Source: Pseudomonadota bacterium (GTDB lineage Bacteria > Bdellovibrionota > UBA1018). Taken from it: a stretch of 64,000 bases of DNA. Location: NCBI GenBank assembly GCA_027485695.1, contig JAIXQO010000005.1, positions 16,358 through 80,357 on the forward strand. Direction: 5' to 3'. The notes beneath the pieces were generated by a model. It saw only the letters and a program-made list of their open reading frames with translations, was not told the origin of the DNA and made no database searches. The translations under genes were made by a program, and so were the position numbers. This document shows positions 1-9,551 of this stretch, in pieces; positions within the stretch are counted from its first letter, which is position 1, and each line of letters begins with the position of its first letter.

Positions 1-1
1 C

Positions 2-346
2 AGTCCAGAAACTCTTCGTTTGAGTTCCATTTCCAAGCGACTCTCTACGGTCCGCTCCGATCGCAGAAAATGTCCAAGAGGCCAGCGTGGCTCGGTTGTT
101 CTTTACACCCCGAAACTGACTCTCGCAGCGCCAGACTTAGTCGAGATCCTGGAGGACGCCGAGCGTCTCGGTCGCGATCACTATGTAGGTAGCGCTCTCG
201 AAGCACTCCGCCGTTCGAACCTGAACCAAAAAACCGCTGATGGCAGTAAACCATTCACGATTCAGCCACTGAGCGGCGACATTCGACCATTCCGCGTTTC
301 CGCGATCATCCCTGCCGACGAAATCGTGGGCGTTTGCAGTCCTTAA
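2..346 (+). CDS. Hypothetical protein, C-terminal part (truncated by window start)
   Basis: Frame is open from position 2 to TAA at 344-346; no family recognised. Confidence 0.5.
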   Translation, partial: SPETLRLSSISKRLSTVRSDRRKCPRGQRGSVVLYTPKLTLAAPDLVEILEDAERLGRDHYVGSALEALRRSNLNQKTADGSKPFTIQPLSGDIRPFRVSAIIPADEIVGVCSP

Positions 347-482
347 GTCTCGTTTGTTCGACTTGGGGTCTTGAGTAGGAAACTGAACATTTAATTCCAG
401 ATTCAAGACCCCGCATTCTTTCTGTTACACATGACTTTTGTAACTTTAGGGTACGCCCAATGCCCTCCATAGGAAGTCGACC

Positions 483-968
483 ATGAAAAAGTCTTTGCTC
501 GTTATTTTGGCTCTCGCTTCGATCATGTCCCAAGCAAATGCGGACAGCGCGCCTCGCCTGAAATGCACGAGAAAAATCGTTGCCTCAAACGGCGAAATCA
601 CCCAAGTAGATCTCGACCGGGCCTCGATCGCGATCCTCGGTTACAACAGCGTGAAGAAACGTTTTGTTGGATTCGTGGATCTGATGGGCATGTCCGCAAG
701 CCCAGGCACCAGCTACTGCAGCTACGCGATCCCGGCGATCGAAGCACGCTACGCATCTGATCTGACGAGTGCGAATCAAGGCAGCATCGAAATCACGATT
801 GGAAATGGCGACGCTGGCAAGACCTCACAGGTCACCAGTTTTCTCTCGAAAACCCGCACTTTAGAGCTAGTGATCAATCCCGAAGCGATTCCATTCGACC
901 ACGACGAAGGCGATGCAGATCCTGCCTGCAAAGACTCGCTCGTCGTGACGTGCTCGCTGATTCGCTAA
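483..968 (+). CDS. Secreted hypothetical protein
   Basis: AGGA RBS; classic Sec signal MKKSLLVILALASIMSQANA; 4 Cys in the mature part. Confidence 0.8.
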   Translation: MKKSLLVILALASIMSQANADSAPRLKCTRKIVASNGEITQVDLDRASIAILGYNSVKKRFVGFVDLMGMSASPGTSYCSYAIPAIEARYASDLTSANQGSIEITIGNGDAGKTSQVTSFLSKTRTLELVINPEAIPFDHDEGDADPACKDSLVVTCSLIR

Positions 969-969
969 T

Positions 970-1167
970 CTAACCGGCTTTTTTACGGTCCGTCTGCGAA
1001 GATACCGACGACTTGAGTCGTTGTGCATCTTGCCGAACACGTTGAACCTGGCTCACGACTCGCTGAGTTTCCGAAGAGGCTCGGCTCACGGAGCTCAAGA
1101 AGCTCAATCCCGGGATCCGACTCAGGGCTGACAGAAGCTGCGACAAAGACGAAAATAACTGATTCAT
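970..1167 (-). CDS. Small basic helical hypothetical protein (65 aa)
   Basis: ATG at 1167 preceded by AAGGTGGG; fills the gap tail-to-tail with the previous gene. Confidence 0.5.
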   Translation of the reverse strand: MNQLFSSLSQLLSALSRIPGLSFLSSVSRASSETQRVVSQVQRVRQDAQRLKSSVSSQTDRKKAG

Positions 1168-1411
1168 GAAGCATCCCACCTTTGCTGCAAACATTGCTTC
1201 TCAGGATGGGCCTCTTTATTACTCGTCGACTTAAATAACGTCCGCCTCCATGAGATTAACCATTGCTCAGGAACCTCGGTCGCGAAATATCACTGTTTTC
1301 CCGAGTCCACAGTGTCGAACGATTAGACAACTGATCAGGAGTTCAACATAACCCCTGGATATCATTGAATATTTTTACACACACTCTGTTTATTTTGGTA
1401 TCCTAGTATCC

Positions 1412-2875
1412 ATGAAACAAATTTCGGGTACCGGTTGGAGTAAAATCGGAAGCAAATCGGCCGTCATAGCAGGATCGATTTTCGGTCTCTTATTGAGCGC
1501 GCAATCCACCGAAATCACGTTCTACGCGAACAATAACCCCGAACAACTTCGGTTCGACGAATCCAAAAATCCTTACTCCTACAATCTGCGGGAGATCCTA
1601 GCGTTCCGAACGCACAACGCATCCGAGTCCACTCGCATTCGCGGACTCGTCGCAAGCGACCTCTCGAGCGCCGTTTCGAAATCACCGCTCATTGTCACCA
1701 AACGCACGCCATGGAGTTCTTATTGGTATCCTCTCAGCGAAGGCGGGATGCTGCGTTCAAACTCTTACCCTTCGAATCAATACGCGACTTCGGATATCTC
1801 GAGCTATCCCGACGTAGTTGAGCTCTCGAATTGGGCAAACGCCGGCGTTGCTTCTGAACGGATCAACGCGCTCCCGGCCGCACTCAAACTGGATATCCTC
1901 CTCGGCAACGTGTTCCGTTTTACGAACGGAAAACCAAACCCAAAATTCTACAACGTCTCTTCGAAACAACTCGAACTTTTCCAAGCACATAGCGGCAGCT
2001 TTAAAAACGATCGCCGAGGCCTATTCGATTCGCGCGGCTACCGCCGCCGTGACTGGGGCGGATTCGGGAACTGTATTGGCTGGGCGATGGCCGCAATCCG
2101 CGAACCGGAGCCACAAACTTTTCAGGTCCGCAAAGAAATCGTCGTGAACGGCAAAATCATTCCTCTCGATTTCACGTTGAGCGCCGACGACGTATCGCTC
2201 TTCTATATGATGGCCTACACGACTTTCATCAACGAAGAGAACGATCAAGACGGTATCGAACGACACGTTCAGGTCGGTTGGGAATGCGTCCAGACCGTGA
2301 GTCAACGCGCAAAAATGCTTCGTAAGAAATCCCCACATCAAATGCGAGGAGACGAAGACGCCGAGGCTTGCGATGACGTGAATGCTGGCGCATTTTTCGT
2401 GGCAGTCACCAACAAAATCGGAAAGTACGGACGCCCGATCTTCGGAGACGTTCAGCCGGATATTGGCAATTGGAATCATCCATTCGTCGGCTACGCGATG
2501 AATGTTTCCCAAGAAACTTATCCCACCAATGGGAATTCCGCGCCTGCTGCTCATCACCTTCGTAAGGTGGATTTCGATCTCGTTTATCGGGACTGGAGCG
2601 CTCCAGGTACGGCCAATCAGTCATCCCAGTTCTTGGTAAAAAACTACGAGTTTTACCTAGAGCTCGATGCAAACGAAACGGTGATCGGCGGCGATTGGAT
2701 CAGCCTCGATCGCCCGGACTACGTCGCCGATGTCCGTAAGATGGCATATTCCAAGCATCCAGTGAAAATCTTGAAATACATCATGAGCCAAAGCGCGCAG
2801 GCCCCGAACGCACGAGTCGTGATTCCCGCGGATCTTAGGCCGATCAGCCGTTGGAGCGTTCCTCAGGATCTGTGA
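1412..2875 (+). CDS. Transglutaminase-elicitor (GP42-like) family secreted protein
   Basis: Motifs PWSSYWYP, GNCIGWAMAAIREPEP, DVNAGAFFV, WNHPFVGY, YEFYLELD..IGGDW..RPDY typical of the TGase_elicitor family; N-terminal hydrophobic segment. Confidence 0.8.
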   Translation: MKQISGTGWSKIGSKSAVIAGSIFGLLLSAQSTEITFYANNNPEQLRFDESKNPYSYNLREILAFRTHNASESTRIRGLVASDLSSAVSKSPLIVTKRTPWSSYWYPLSEGGMLRSNSYPSNQYATSDISSYPDVVELSNWANAGVASERINALPAALKLDILLGNVFRFTNGKPNPKFYNVSSKQLELFQAHSGSFKNDRRGLFDSRGYRRRDWGGFGNCIGWAMAAIREPEPQTFQVRKEIVVNGKIIPLDFTLSADDVSLFYMMAYTTFINEENDQDGIERHVQVGWECVQTVSQRAKMLRKKSPHQMRGDEDAEACDDVNAGAFFVAVTNKIGKYGRPIFGDVQPDIGNWNHPFVGYAMNVSQETYPTNGNSAPAAHHLRKVDFDLVYRDWSAPGTANQSSQFLVKNYEFYLELDANETVIGGDWISLDRPDYVADVRKMAYSKHPVKILKYIMSQSAQAPNARVVIPADLRPISRWSVPQDL

Positions 2876-2930
2876 TTTTTAGGTCGGTGCGAACCACGCG
2901 CGAGCGCCGCCCGCACCGCGAATTCAAACG

Positions 2931-3548
2931 TTAACTTCGATGTTTTTCACCAGAAGGTGTCGAACCGGAAACGCGATCTCCACGTTCCCATGCATTCGGG
3001 ACCGCTTGAGTTTTCATGTCGTCGCTATCCACTTCGCCCGCCGACGCGATGTCTTGGGCGCCGGCTTTTTTAAGCAAGTCTTTGGCTTTGGTTTGCCATT
3101 CCGAATCATCCACGTGAACGGAGAGTAAAATGCCGCCGTTTTTGACGATACCTTCGAAACGCTTGGCCTCATATTCGGGGATGCCCATGCCAATCATCGC
3201 ACCGGCAAGGCCTCCGACGGTTCCACCGATGCCGGCGCCTGCCAGAGCCGCCATGATCGGACCAGCCGCAACGAACGGCCCGATGCCGGGGATCGCCAGT
3301 GCGCCGATACCGACGAGCCAGCCGAGGCCACCGCCCAACAATGCACCCGAACTCGCACCCGTTACCGCTCCTTCAGGAGCTTTTGTATCTTTTTGATGGG
3401 CAAATTCTTGTGTGCCTTCTTTGGATGGCATCAATACCGAGATGTCTTGATTGCGAAAACTCGCAGCTTTGAGCTGGGTAACTGCATGATCGACCGCGTC
3501 TCGAGTCGAGAAAATTCCGAATACCGATTTATGACCTTTTTGTTCCAT
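2931..3548 (-). CDS. General stress membrane protein (DUF3341/YflT-like, glycine-zipper)
   Basis: GAVTGASSGALLGGGLGWLVGIGALAIPGIGPFVAAGP glycine zipper; GIPEYEAKRFE motif. Confidence 0.85.
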   Translation of the reverse strand: MEQKGHKSVFGIFSTRDAVDHAVTQLKAASFRNQDISVLMPSKEGTQEFAHQKDTKAPEGAVTGASSGALLGGGLGWLVGIGALAIPGIGPFVAAGPIMAALAGAGIGGTVGGLAGAMIGMGIPEYEAKRFEGIVKNGGILLSVHVDDSEWQTKAKDLLKKAGAQDIASAGEVDSDDMKTQAVPNAWERGDRVSGSTPSGEKHRS

Positions 3549-3593
3549 GGTGATTTTCCTTTGTTTTGGTTGTGGGACGAACGTCTAAAAAAC

Positions 3594-4007
3594 TCAGCGC
3601 TTCACTTCGAGATCGTTACTCACGCGGGTTACTCCCGCGCAATCTTTTGCAATTCGAGCGATCTGCATTCGCTCCTCTGAACTCGCGACGGGGCCGCGTA
3701 ACGTCACCATTCCGCGCTGGGTGATGATCTTGACGTTCTTAGCAGAGGTCGAGAACGCATCTTGCCGCTGAATCTCCTGACGAATCTCGCGAGTGATCTC
3801 GAGATCAGAACGAGAGCCGCTCATTTGGGAATCGGCCGTCACAGCGTGGCGCGTACGATCCCGGGCATTCTTACCCGAATTGTCGGCGGGGATTCGTTGC
3901 GTGTCGGTGGTCGACTCAACCGCGTACACGACGGATGTGGATAACGCCCCAGTCATGCAAGAGAGCGCAAATACGGGCCAATTTAAGAGCGTAGAGCGAA
4001 GTTTCAT
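3594..4007 (-). CDS. BON-domain (OsmY-like) periplasmic protein
   Basis: Signal peptide; ADNSGKNARDR..TAD.Q; NVKIITQRGMVTLRGPV..GVTRVSNDLEV BON signature. Confidence 0.9.
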   Translation of the reverse strand: MKLRSTLLNWPVFALSCMTGALSTSVVYAVESTTDTQRIPADNSGKNARDRTRHAVTADSQMSGSRSDLEITREIRQEIQRQDAFSTSAKNVKIITQRGMVTLRGPVASSEERMQIARIAKDCAGVTRVSNDLEVKR

Positions 4008-4126
4008 GAGAATTCCTTTGGTTATTCATGGGTCGATAGAATGACCTGAGCCAGACTCACGCAAAAACGGACACCACACGAGCGATGGCCCAAATCAGAA
4101 CATTTTCGATTTCTAAAAATGAGAAA

Positions 4127-4142
4127 TGCAATATGAGTGCCC
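4127..4142 (-). promoter_or_regulatory. Putative sigma54 promoter for the BON/DUF3341 genes
   Basis: Minus strand GGGCAC-TCATA-TTGCA, GG-N10-GC spacing. Confidence 0.55.
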
Positions 4143-4187
4143 AAAAACTGACGCCCATCCGTTGAGGCATTCGCGTAGGCAAAAAAT

Positions 4188-4215
4188 TCAACTTCTGCAA
4201 CTGATCCTCCGATAG
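4188..4215 (+). promoter_or_regulatory. Putative sigma28 (FliA) promoter
   Basis: TCAAC-N15-TCCGATAG upstream of the FlaG-like gene. Confidence 0.65.
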
Positions 4216-4237
4216 GTGAGTCAGGAGGGATTGAGCT

Positions 4238-4588
4238 ATGAAAATTCAATCCTGGTCGGGCGCTTCTTATCTCAGTGAATTGAAAAAACAGTCGACGGAT
4301 CGTGATCCAGACGGCCGTGCTCCGCCCGAAAAACGCGAACAAAAAGAAGAAAAAGATCCCGAAGCGAATTTCGAAGCGGTGATGACACTCGCCCAGGAAC
4401 TCGGAAAAGACCCACAGACCTCAGAGCTCGGCATCACTGCGAGCGTCGAGAACCAAGGGCCTGGACTTCGTGTCACGCTCAAAGACGGAAACGGCGCCGT
4501 CGTTCGTCAACTTTCCGGCGAGGAGTTTCTCCGCACTCGCTTAAACGCGGGCAGTGGTCGTGGCAAACTCCTCGATCGCAAGGGCTAG
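4238..4588 (+). CDS. FlaG-like flagellar protein
   Basis: Strong RBS GGAGGG; C-terminal VTLKDGNGAVVRQLSGEEFL...GKLLDRKG resembles the FlaG signature; sigma28-like promoter. Confidence 0.6.
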   Translation: MKIQSWSGASYLSELKKQSTDRDPDGRAPPEKREQKEEKDPEANFEAVMTLAQELGKDPQTSELGITASVENQGPGLRVTLKDGNGAVVRQLSGEEFLRTRLNAGSGRGKLLDRKG

Positions 4589-4600
4589 ACGCTCAACGAG

Positions 4601-5236
4601 TTAAAAAAGCCCCATCAACTGGTCAGCCGACTCCACGCAGTCATCAGGTTCGTATCGTTTCAGTACCTCTGCCTGAGTGAATCCATATAGCGCTCCGACC
4701 GTGCGCGCTCCCGCAGCTTTGCCTGCCATAAGATCAAAAACAGAATCGCCGATCATGATCGCGTCGCGAGTTTCGATTTTCCATCGTCTACACACCTCAC
4801 TGACTGGACCAGAATCGGGTTTCTGAGTGGAGAACGCCTCGAAACCAAACACTGCTTCGAAGTTCTCTCGTAGCCGCAACTCATCCACGATTCGATCCGC
4901 GAGCACTTGGGTTTTGTTGGTGACGATGACTTTAGGCGTTTCGGCGTAATAAGCGAGGGTCTCCCGTACTCCTGGATAGACGTACGTGTGGTCCACGAGG
5001 TGCCGCCAGTAATACTCTCGAAAACGACTCGACAAGCTTTGAATCACTTCGGTCGATGTGTCTCCACCCAGCAGACGCCGGAAAAGATACTCCGAGCCTC
5101 GACCAATTTCTCCCCCGATGAGAGCATGCTCCATTTCAGGAAATCCGTTTTTCAAAAAGGCTCGATTGACACTTAATACGATATCTTGCCTTGAATCGAT
5201 CAACGTTCCATCCAAGTCGAAAATCAAAAGTTTCAT
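4601..5236 (-). CDS. HAD-family hydrolase (phosphoglycolate phosphatase-like)
   Basis: FDLDGTLIDS, VTNK, KP and MIGDSVFD motifs; start overlaps the upstream stop (ATGA). Confidence 0.9.
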   Translation of the reverse strand: MKLLIFDLDGTLIDSRQDIVLSVNRAFLKNGFPEMEHALIGGEIGRGSEYLFRRLLGGDTSTEVIQSLSSRFREYYWRHLVDHTYVYPGVRETLAYYAETPKVIVTNKTQVLADRIVDELRLRENFEAVFGFEAFSTQKPDSGPVSEVCRRWKIETRDAIMIGDSVFDLMAGKAAGARTVGALYGFTQAEVLKRYEPDDCVESADQLMGLF

Positions 5237-6672
5237 GAGCTCAGATGATTCTCAACAGGAGCAACTCCAGCAGGCGTCACCGATTCAATATAGGAATCTG
5301 GCCTCACAAGAACGAACTGGTTGGCGTAGACTGGATTCTCAGTCCAATACTCACCCGCGCCCTGACGGGAACGAACCTGAATCAGATTCACGAACGGAGG
5401 TAATTTCAACTCAAGTTCTTGATCAGTAAACGCCAGCAAAGTGAATCGGGAATAATCGAGAAGCGAATAGAGTCTGGTTTTCCTGACGGCCTGATAGATT
5501 TCCAGGTCGTGTAGTCGCGATCCCGAGATTCCTTGGTCGCCATAACGTACGCCCATACCGGTGACATAACCGGAACGTCGTTCGACGATTTTCACGTAGT
5601 CTTGAGCATGCGTTCCAGTCGCTGAGTGTTTGGTCGATCGCACGAGTTCACCGGAGGTTTCAACAACGCCGAGCGCGATCGGTTTCCGTTCGCCTTCGTA
5701 CGTTTTTAGCAACTCAGAGCTCACACCAAAATTCTCTACCTGACCTAATTTCCACATTAGGTTGAACGCATCCCCCAACCCAGTATTCAATCCCTGACCT
5801 CCATTCACCGAGTGAACGTGGCAGGCATCTCCGGCGAGGAAAACTCGATCAAGGACACTGAATTTTTCGGCGACGGATTCTTTGACAGTGAATTGGGATT
5901 GCCACTGAATCTCCTGGAACCTTAGTCGATACGGATAGACCGCGCGATTGATCTTGGTCAGCGCCTGATCGAAACTGAAATCCTTGGTATCCATTCTCAC
6001 ATAGAATCGATCGATGTTTCCCTCTCGCGGGATCCAAGCAACATCCGATGTGTCCGCTTGAAAAACGATGATGTCCGGAACTTTGGGGAAATCGCTCTCA
6101 ATGACTCCGTCGATCACTGCCCACACGATTTGCGGCCGCACGACCTCGAACCCCACTTGAAATAGTTCCCGCACGAAAGACCGCGAGCCATCTGCGCCGA
6201 TAACGTATTTCGATCGAATCACTTCGCCGTTTGCAAGCGTTGTGACGCAACCCTGGCGGCTGACGCTGATATCGACGACCGTACTCGAGCGCCGGACGGC
6301 CTCACCCGTCTCCCGAATTTTTTGATCCAAGAGATGTTCGAGGTGCGTTTGGCCCAACATGAGGAAGTGTTTATGAAAACAGCCTTCGAGCTCATCCCAC
6401 CATTTGGATTGTCTCGAGATAAATTGCCCCCCCGAAAATACGGAGCTCGTGTTGCAGGTTTTCCCTAGTTTATAGAGATCATTGAACAGTCCCACCGTCT
6501 CCAAAAGCTGAAGCGAACGCGCGTTGAGCGCATCTGCTCGGCCGACTTGCACGGGACCCTCGGATTGGTCGAGTACCACCGTACGTAGGCCGGAGACCCG
6601 GCCCAGGTAAGCGCACATGAGTCCGACGGGACCGCCCCCCACGATGACGACATCGGCATCGTGCGTGCTCAT
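5233..6672 (-). CDS. FAD-dependent monooxygenase (phenol hydroxylase/PheA-TfdB family)
   Basis: GGGPVG Rossmann motif, IGADGSRS, FLAGDACHVHSVNGGQGLNTG, VRPD. Confidence 0.9.
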   Translation of the reverse strand: MSTHDADVVIVGGGPVGLMCAYLGRVSGLRTVVLDQSEGPVQVGRADALNARSLQLLETVGLFNDLYKLGKTCNTSSVFSGGQFISRQSKWWDELEGCFHKHFLMLGQTHLEHLLDQKIRETGEAVRRSSTVVDISVSRQGCVTTLANGEVIRSKYVIGADGSRSFVRELFQVGFEVVRPQIVWAVIDGVIESDFPKVPDIIVFQADTSDVAWIPREGNIDRFYVRMDTKDFSFDQALTKINRAVYPYRLRFQEIQWQSQFTVKESVAEKFSVLDRVFLAGDACHVHSVNGGQGLNTGLGDAFNLMWKLGQVENFGVSSELLKTYEGERKPIALGVVETSGELVRSTKHSATGTHAQDYVKIVERRSGYVTGMGVRYGDQGISGSRLHDLEIYQAVRKTRLYSLLDYSRFTLLAFTDQELELKLPPFVNLIQVRSRQGAGEYWTENPVYANQFVLVRPDSYIESVTPAGVAPVENHLSS

Positions 6673-7505
6673 CGGTGAGAGACCAATCGTGGGTTATCCA
6701 GAGGCGGGTTACTCAGTACATGCACACGGCGAAGGTGTCTCGGCGCCCGGGTCTCAAAAGATTCTCGCCCATGCAGAAGTGAAAAATTATCTGCGATCAC
6801 GATATCGCCCTCTTGCCATTCATGCGCATAAAAACAGTTGGGCGAATAGAGCGCCTCACGGATGCTCTCGTGAAACTTGGATTGCTCGTCTGTGTTCAAC
6901 CCGCCAAATTCCAGCGTCGGAGGGTTTAAAAATTTTCCGAATCCTGCACGCGGTGGCTCGTTATATCGAATGACCGAAAATCCCCGGAGCGGATGCCGGT
7001 CAATGACTGGGGAAACGGTTTTACTGTCGTAAAATTCCATTTTTCTCTGATAAGTTCCCGTCGTTTTTTCCCAAATCTTTCGCGTTTCGGGTGATGTGTT
7101 CTCGAGAGCGAGCACTGTATTGGAGAACGTCGTTCTCCCGCCCTGACCTGCGCGTGGCGCTCGGACGCAGTGGAAAATCTGGAACTCCGGAACCTGCGGG
7201 CGATACATGCCATCCCAATGAAGCGGCACATAGTTGTTGTCGAAAATATGGTCTTCGGGGTTGTTCCGTTCCACGAGCTCAAGCACCTTGCCAAACGGCC
7301 ATTCGCTGATCTCGCCCCAGCGCTCGCAGTACTTAGAAAATTCATCGGCGTTTGAGAACGTTTGGAACCCCCGGAGCACCACCAATCGTTCGCTCCAGAG
7401 AAGTTCACGCAATGGCTCCACCTCTAGATCACGAACATCTCCCGCAGAAACCACCGGTTCCACGAGCACGCCAAATGGATTCACTGCAGTCTGTTTAAAC
7501 TTCAT
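6669..7505 (-). CDS. pvcB: TauD/TfdA-family Fe(II)/2OG oxygenase, PvcB/IsnB-like
   Basis: HWD...H facial triad (PLHWDGMY; DNFSLLHGR); directly downstream of the isonitrile synthase. Confidence 0.85.
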   Translation of the reverse strand: MKFKQTAVNPFGVLVEPVVSAGDVRDLEVEPLRELLWSERLVVLRGFQTFSNADEFSKYCERWGEISEWPFGKVLELVERNNPEDHIFDNNYVPLHWDGMYRPQVPEFQIFHCVRAPRAGQGGRTTFSNTVLALENTSPETRKIWEKTTGTYQRKMEFYDSKTVSPVIDRHPLRGFSVIRYNEPPRAGFGKFLNPPTLEFGGLNTDEQSKFHESIREALYSPNCFYAHEWQEGDIVIADNFSLLHGRESFETRAPRHLRRVHVLSNPPLDNPRLVSHR

Positions 7506-8583
7506 ATTCAGCTCCTAAAAATGGGGCGATTTCTGTTTTATCAGATAGGACATAATGACTGGGGCGTCCTGCGCGATGGACGAGCTTCGCGCCGAGGGAC
7601 TCCGCTTGCGCGCGTTTAAGAAGCACAAAACGTCCACCCAGATCTACCGCAACTCCATGCCACGGCGTCTGCCAATGGTCAGGCTCAATCAATCGAATGC
7701 CCAGCTTCTTGGCTCCGCAAGCTTGCGGATGTATCGAGAGACGAATGGCTTCTGGAAAACGGATTTCGATCAACGCGCTCCAAGCTGAGCTTTTTTGGAT
7801 CACTTCGTAGGCGCGACGGCGGCTGTTTTTCTGTATCGCCGTTCGACTCTGTTTTTGGCCGGGAAAAATGGCGTCCTCAAACAAGAACCTCGTGATGCCA
7901 CAGTAGAGCCGATGCGCTTCTTTGTCGGTGTCCGAGCTGTTGGGGTTTTTACTACCTCGACTGACCGAAGCTTGAAGTACATCCAACGGTGCCGCGTATT
8001 CTTCCATCAATCGCGCGCGCATCTGATCGAAACTGAGTCCCGAATACAACTCTTCTAGATTGAACGTTGAGATCGATGTGAGTCCAAGATCTACGATCAT
8101 TCGGGTCAGCTCTTCGCGGTAAGCAGTCACATCGTCGTCGCTCATTCCAACCGCATCACTAAAAACTCGGCCGTCCGAGCACAGAATCATTCGAGCACCG
8201 GGAGCATACTCGGTCGCGATCTGATCACAGAGTGACTGGAGAAACCCAAGAGCATGCTGTTCCGCCATATCGGGCAAAGGGCCAAAAACCTTGGCTGGAT
8301 TGGGAGATTTTCCTGGGAATGCCGGTAATACAAACGTCACGGGTTCACCGCGCTCGATTGCCGAGACGATCTTCGGCAGGTGCGGCGCCAAGCAGTGCGG
8401 GCAAGGCGTGGCAGGACAGGTAGGCGAGCCTGAAATCCGACGAAACTTCATCACTTTTAGGAGGATGCTCGTCGCAAGCTCATTCAGTGGAAAGTGTGGT
8501 TGCGGTGAAGGATCGGGTCTGAAGTTCCACGAATCGGAGAGTTCCCGTTCAACCTCTCGTGATCTCTTGATAAAAGCCGCCAT
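7495..8583 (-). CDS. pvcA: L-tyrosine/L-tryptophan isonitrile synthase (PvcA/IsnA/Dit1 family)
   Basis: LPAFPGKSPN..K.FGPLPDMAE, CSDGRVFSD, IRLSIHP and TPWHGV motifs. Confidence 0.9.
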   Translation of the reverse strand: MAAFIKRSREVERELSDSWNFRPDPSPQPHFPLNELATSILLKVMKFRRISGSPTCPATPCPHCLAPHLPKIVSAIERGEPVTFVLPAFPGKSPNPAKVFGPLPDMAEQHALGFLQSLCDQIATEYAPGARMILCSDGRVFSDAVGMSDDDVTAYREELTRMIVDLGLTSISTFNLEELYSGLSFDQMRARLMEEYAAPLDVLQASVSRGSKNPNSSDTDKEAHRLYCGITRFLFEDAIFPGQKQSRTAIQKNSRRRAYEVIQKSSAWSALIEIRFPEAIRLSIHPQACGAKKLGIRLIEPDHWQTPWHGVAVDLGGRFVLLKRAQAESLGAKLVHRAGRPSHYVLSDKTEIAPFLGAEYEV

Positions 8584-8725
8584 GATTCAAATCCCCCGTA
8601 TTACGGCGACTATAGGGTGATTTCGAATCATAAATATAATAGGTAGCAGTACGGTTTATCATCACGATATCCTATGATTCACCGCGCTAATCGTGTAGTC
8701 CAGCCCCCGGTAGCTTCCAGTGGTT

Positions 8726-8754
8726 TTGATTTCGCTCACTCACTCCGCTACAAT
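8726..8754 (+). promoter_or_regulatory. sigma70 promoter, leaderless-type, for lpxH
   Basis: TTGATT-N17-TACAAT, 8 nt before ATG; no SD. Confidence 0.65.
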
Positions 8755-8762
8755 TCGAACTT

Positions 8763-9551
8763 ATGAAGGTCTACGCCCTCTCCGATCTCCACATCGAGTC
8801 TAGACGGGATCCCATGTATTCCCGGTTTCTCGGTTGGCTGACCACCTACCCGCAGAGCGGCGACACCGTGGTATTGATGGGCGATATTTTTGATTTCCTC
8901 ATGGGTTACACGCCACATTTCCAACGCGAATACGCCGAGTTCTTCGAGCAGTTACAGGCACTGATCAAGTCGGGAGTTCGCGTTCACTACATCGAGGGCA
9001 ACCACGATTTCCATCTCAAGTGGTTTTTCGCCAAGACCGGCGTAGAGGTCCACCACTCGCGTTTCGTGCTCGAGTACGACGGTAATCGCTACCTATTCGC
9101 GCACGGTGACCTCGTCGATTCGTTCGATTTCGGTTATTTGCTCCTGAGATTCCTCCTCAGGTCCCCGGTCGTGAAAATCCTCGCCCCGCTCGTCAAAGAT
9201 TCGATCATTCTCAAGATCGGAGAGGTCCTCTCAGTCTCGACCAAGTCGTTCCGCGAGAACTTCAAGACCGACCACCAACGTGAGTACGAGGCTCGCATTC
9301 GCGTCGAGTTTCGAAACTACGCATGCGATTTTTTTAAACGCGGCTTCCGCGGCGTATTTCTCGGTCATTGCCACGTACTCGACCATTTCGAGGTTTTACT
9401 CGAAGGCAAACGGCACGATTACGTCAATGTAGGATTTCCGAAGATCCATCGCAAATTCGCGATGATCAATGGAGAGACTGGGGCGTCTTCGATCGAGGAC
9501 ATCCCGATGGCGCTCGATTCATTCCCGAAAACTCGAACAACGGACCACTGA
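8763..9551 (+). CDS. lpxH: UDP-2,3-diacylglucosamine diphosphatase (LpxH-like metallophosphoesterase)
   Basis: SDLH, GDIFD, EGNHD, AHGD and GHCH motifs. Confidence 0.8.
   Translation: MKVYALSDLHIESRRDPMYSRFLGWLTTYPQSGDTVVLMGDIFDFLMGYTPHFQREYAEFFEQLQALIKSGVRVHYIEGNHDFHLKWFFAKTGVEVHHSRFVLEYDGNRYLFAHGDLVDSFDFGYLLLRFLLRSPVVKILAPLVKDSIILKIGEVLSVSTKSFRENFKTDHQREYEARIRVEFRNYACDFFKRGFRGVFLGHCHVLDHFEVLLEGKRHDYVNVGFPKIHRKFAMINGETGASSIEDIPMALDSFPKTRTTDH

Noticed and set aside
424-463. GTTACA-N9-TGTAAC palindrome and a weak sigma54-like site before the 483 gene
   Set aside because: Short match, poor consensus, and the implied TSS would fall inside the RBS.
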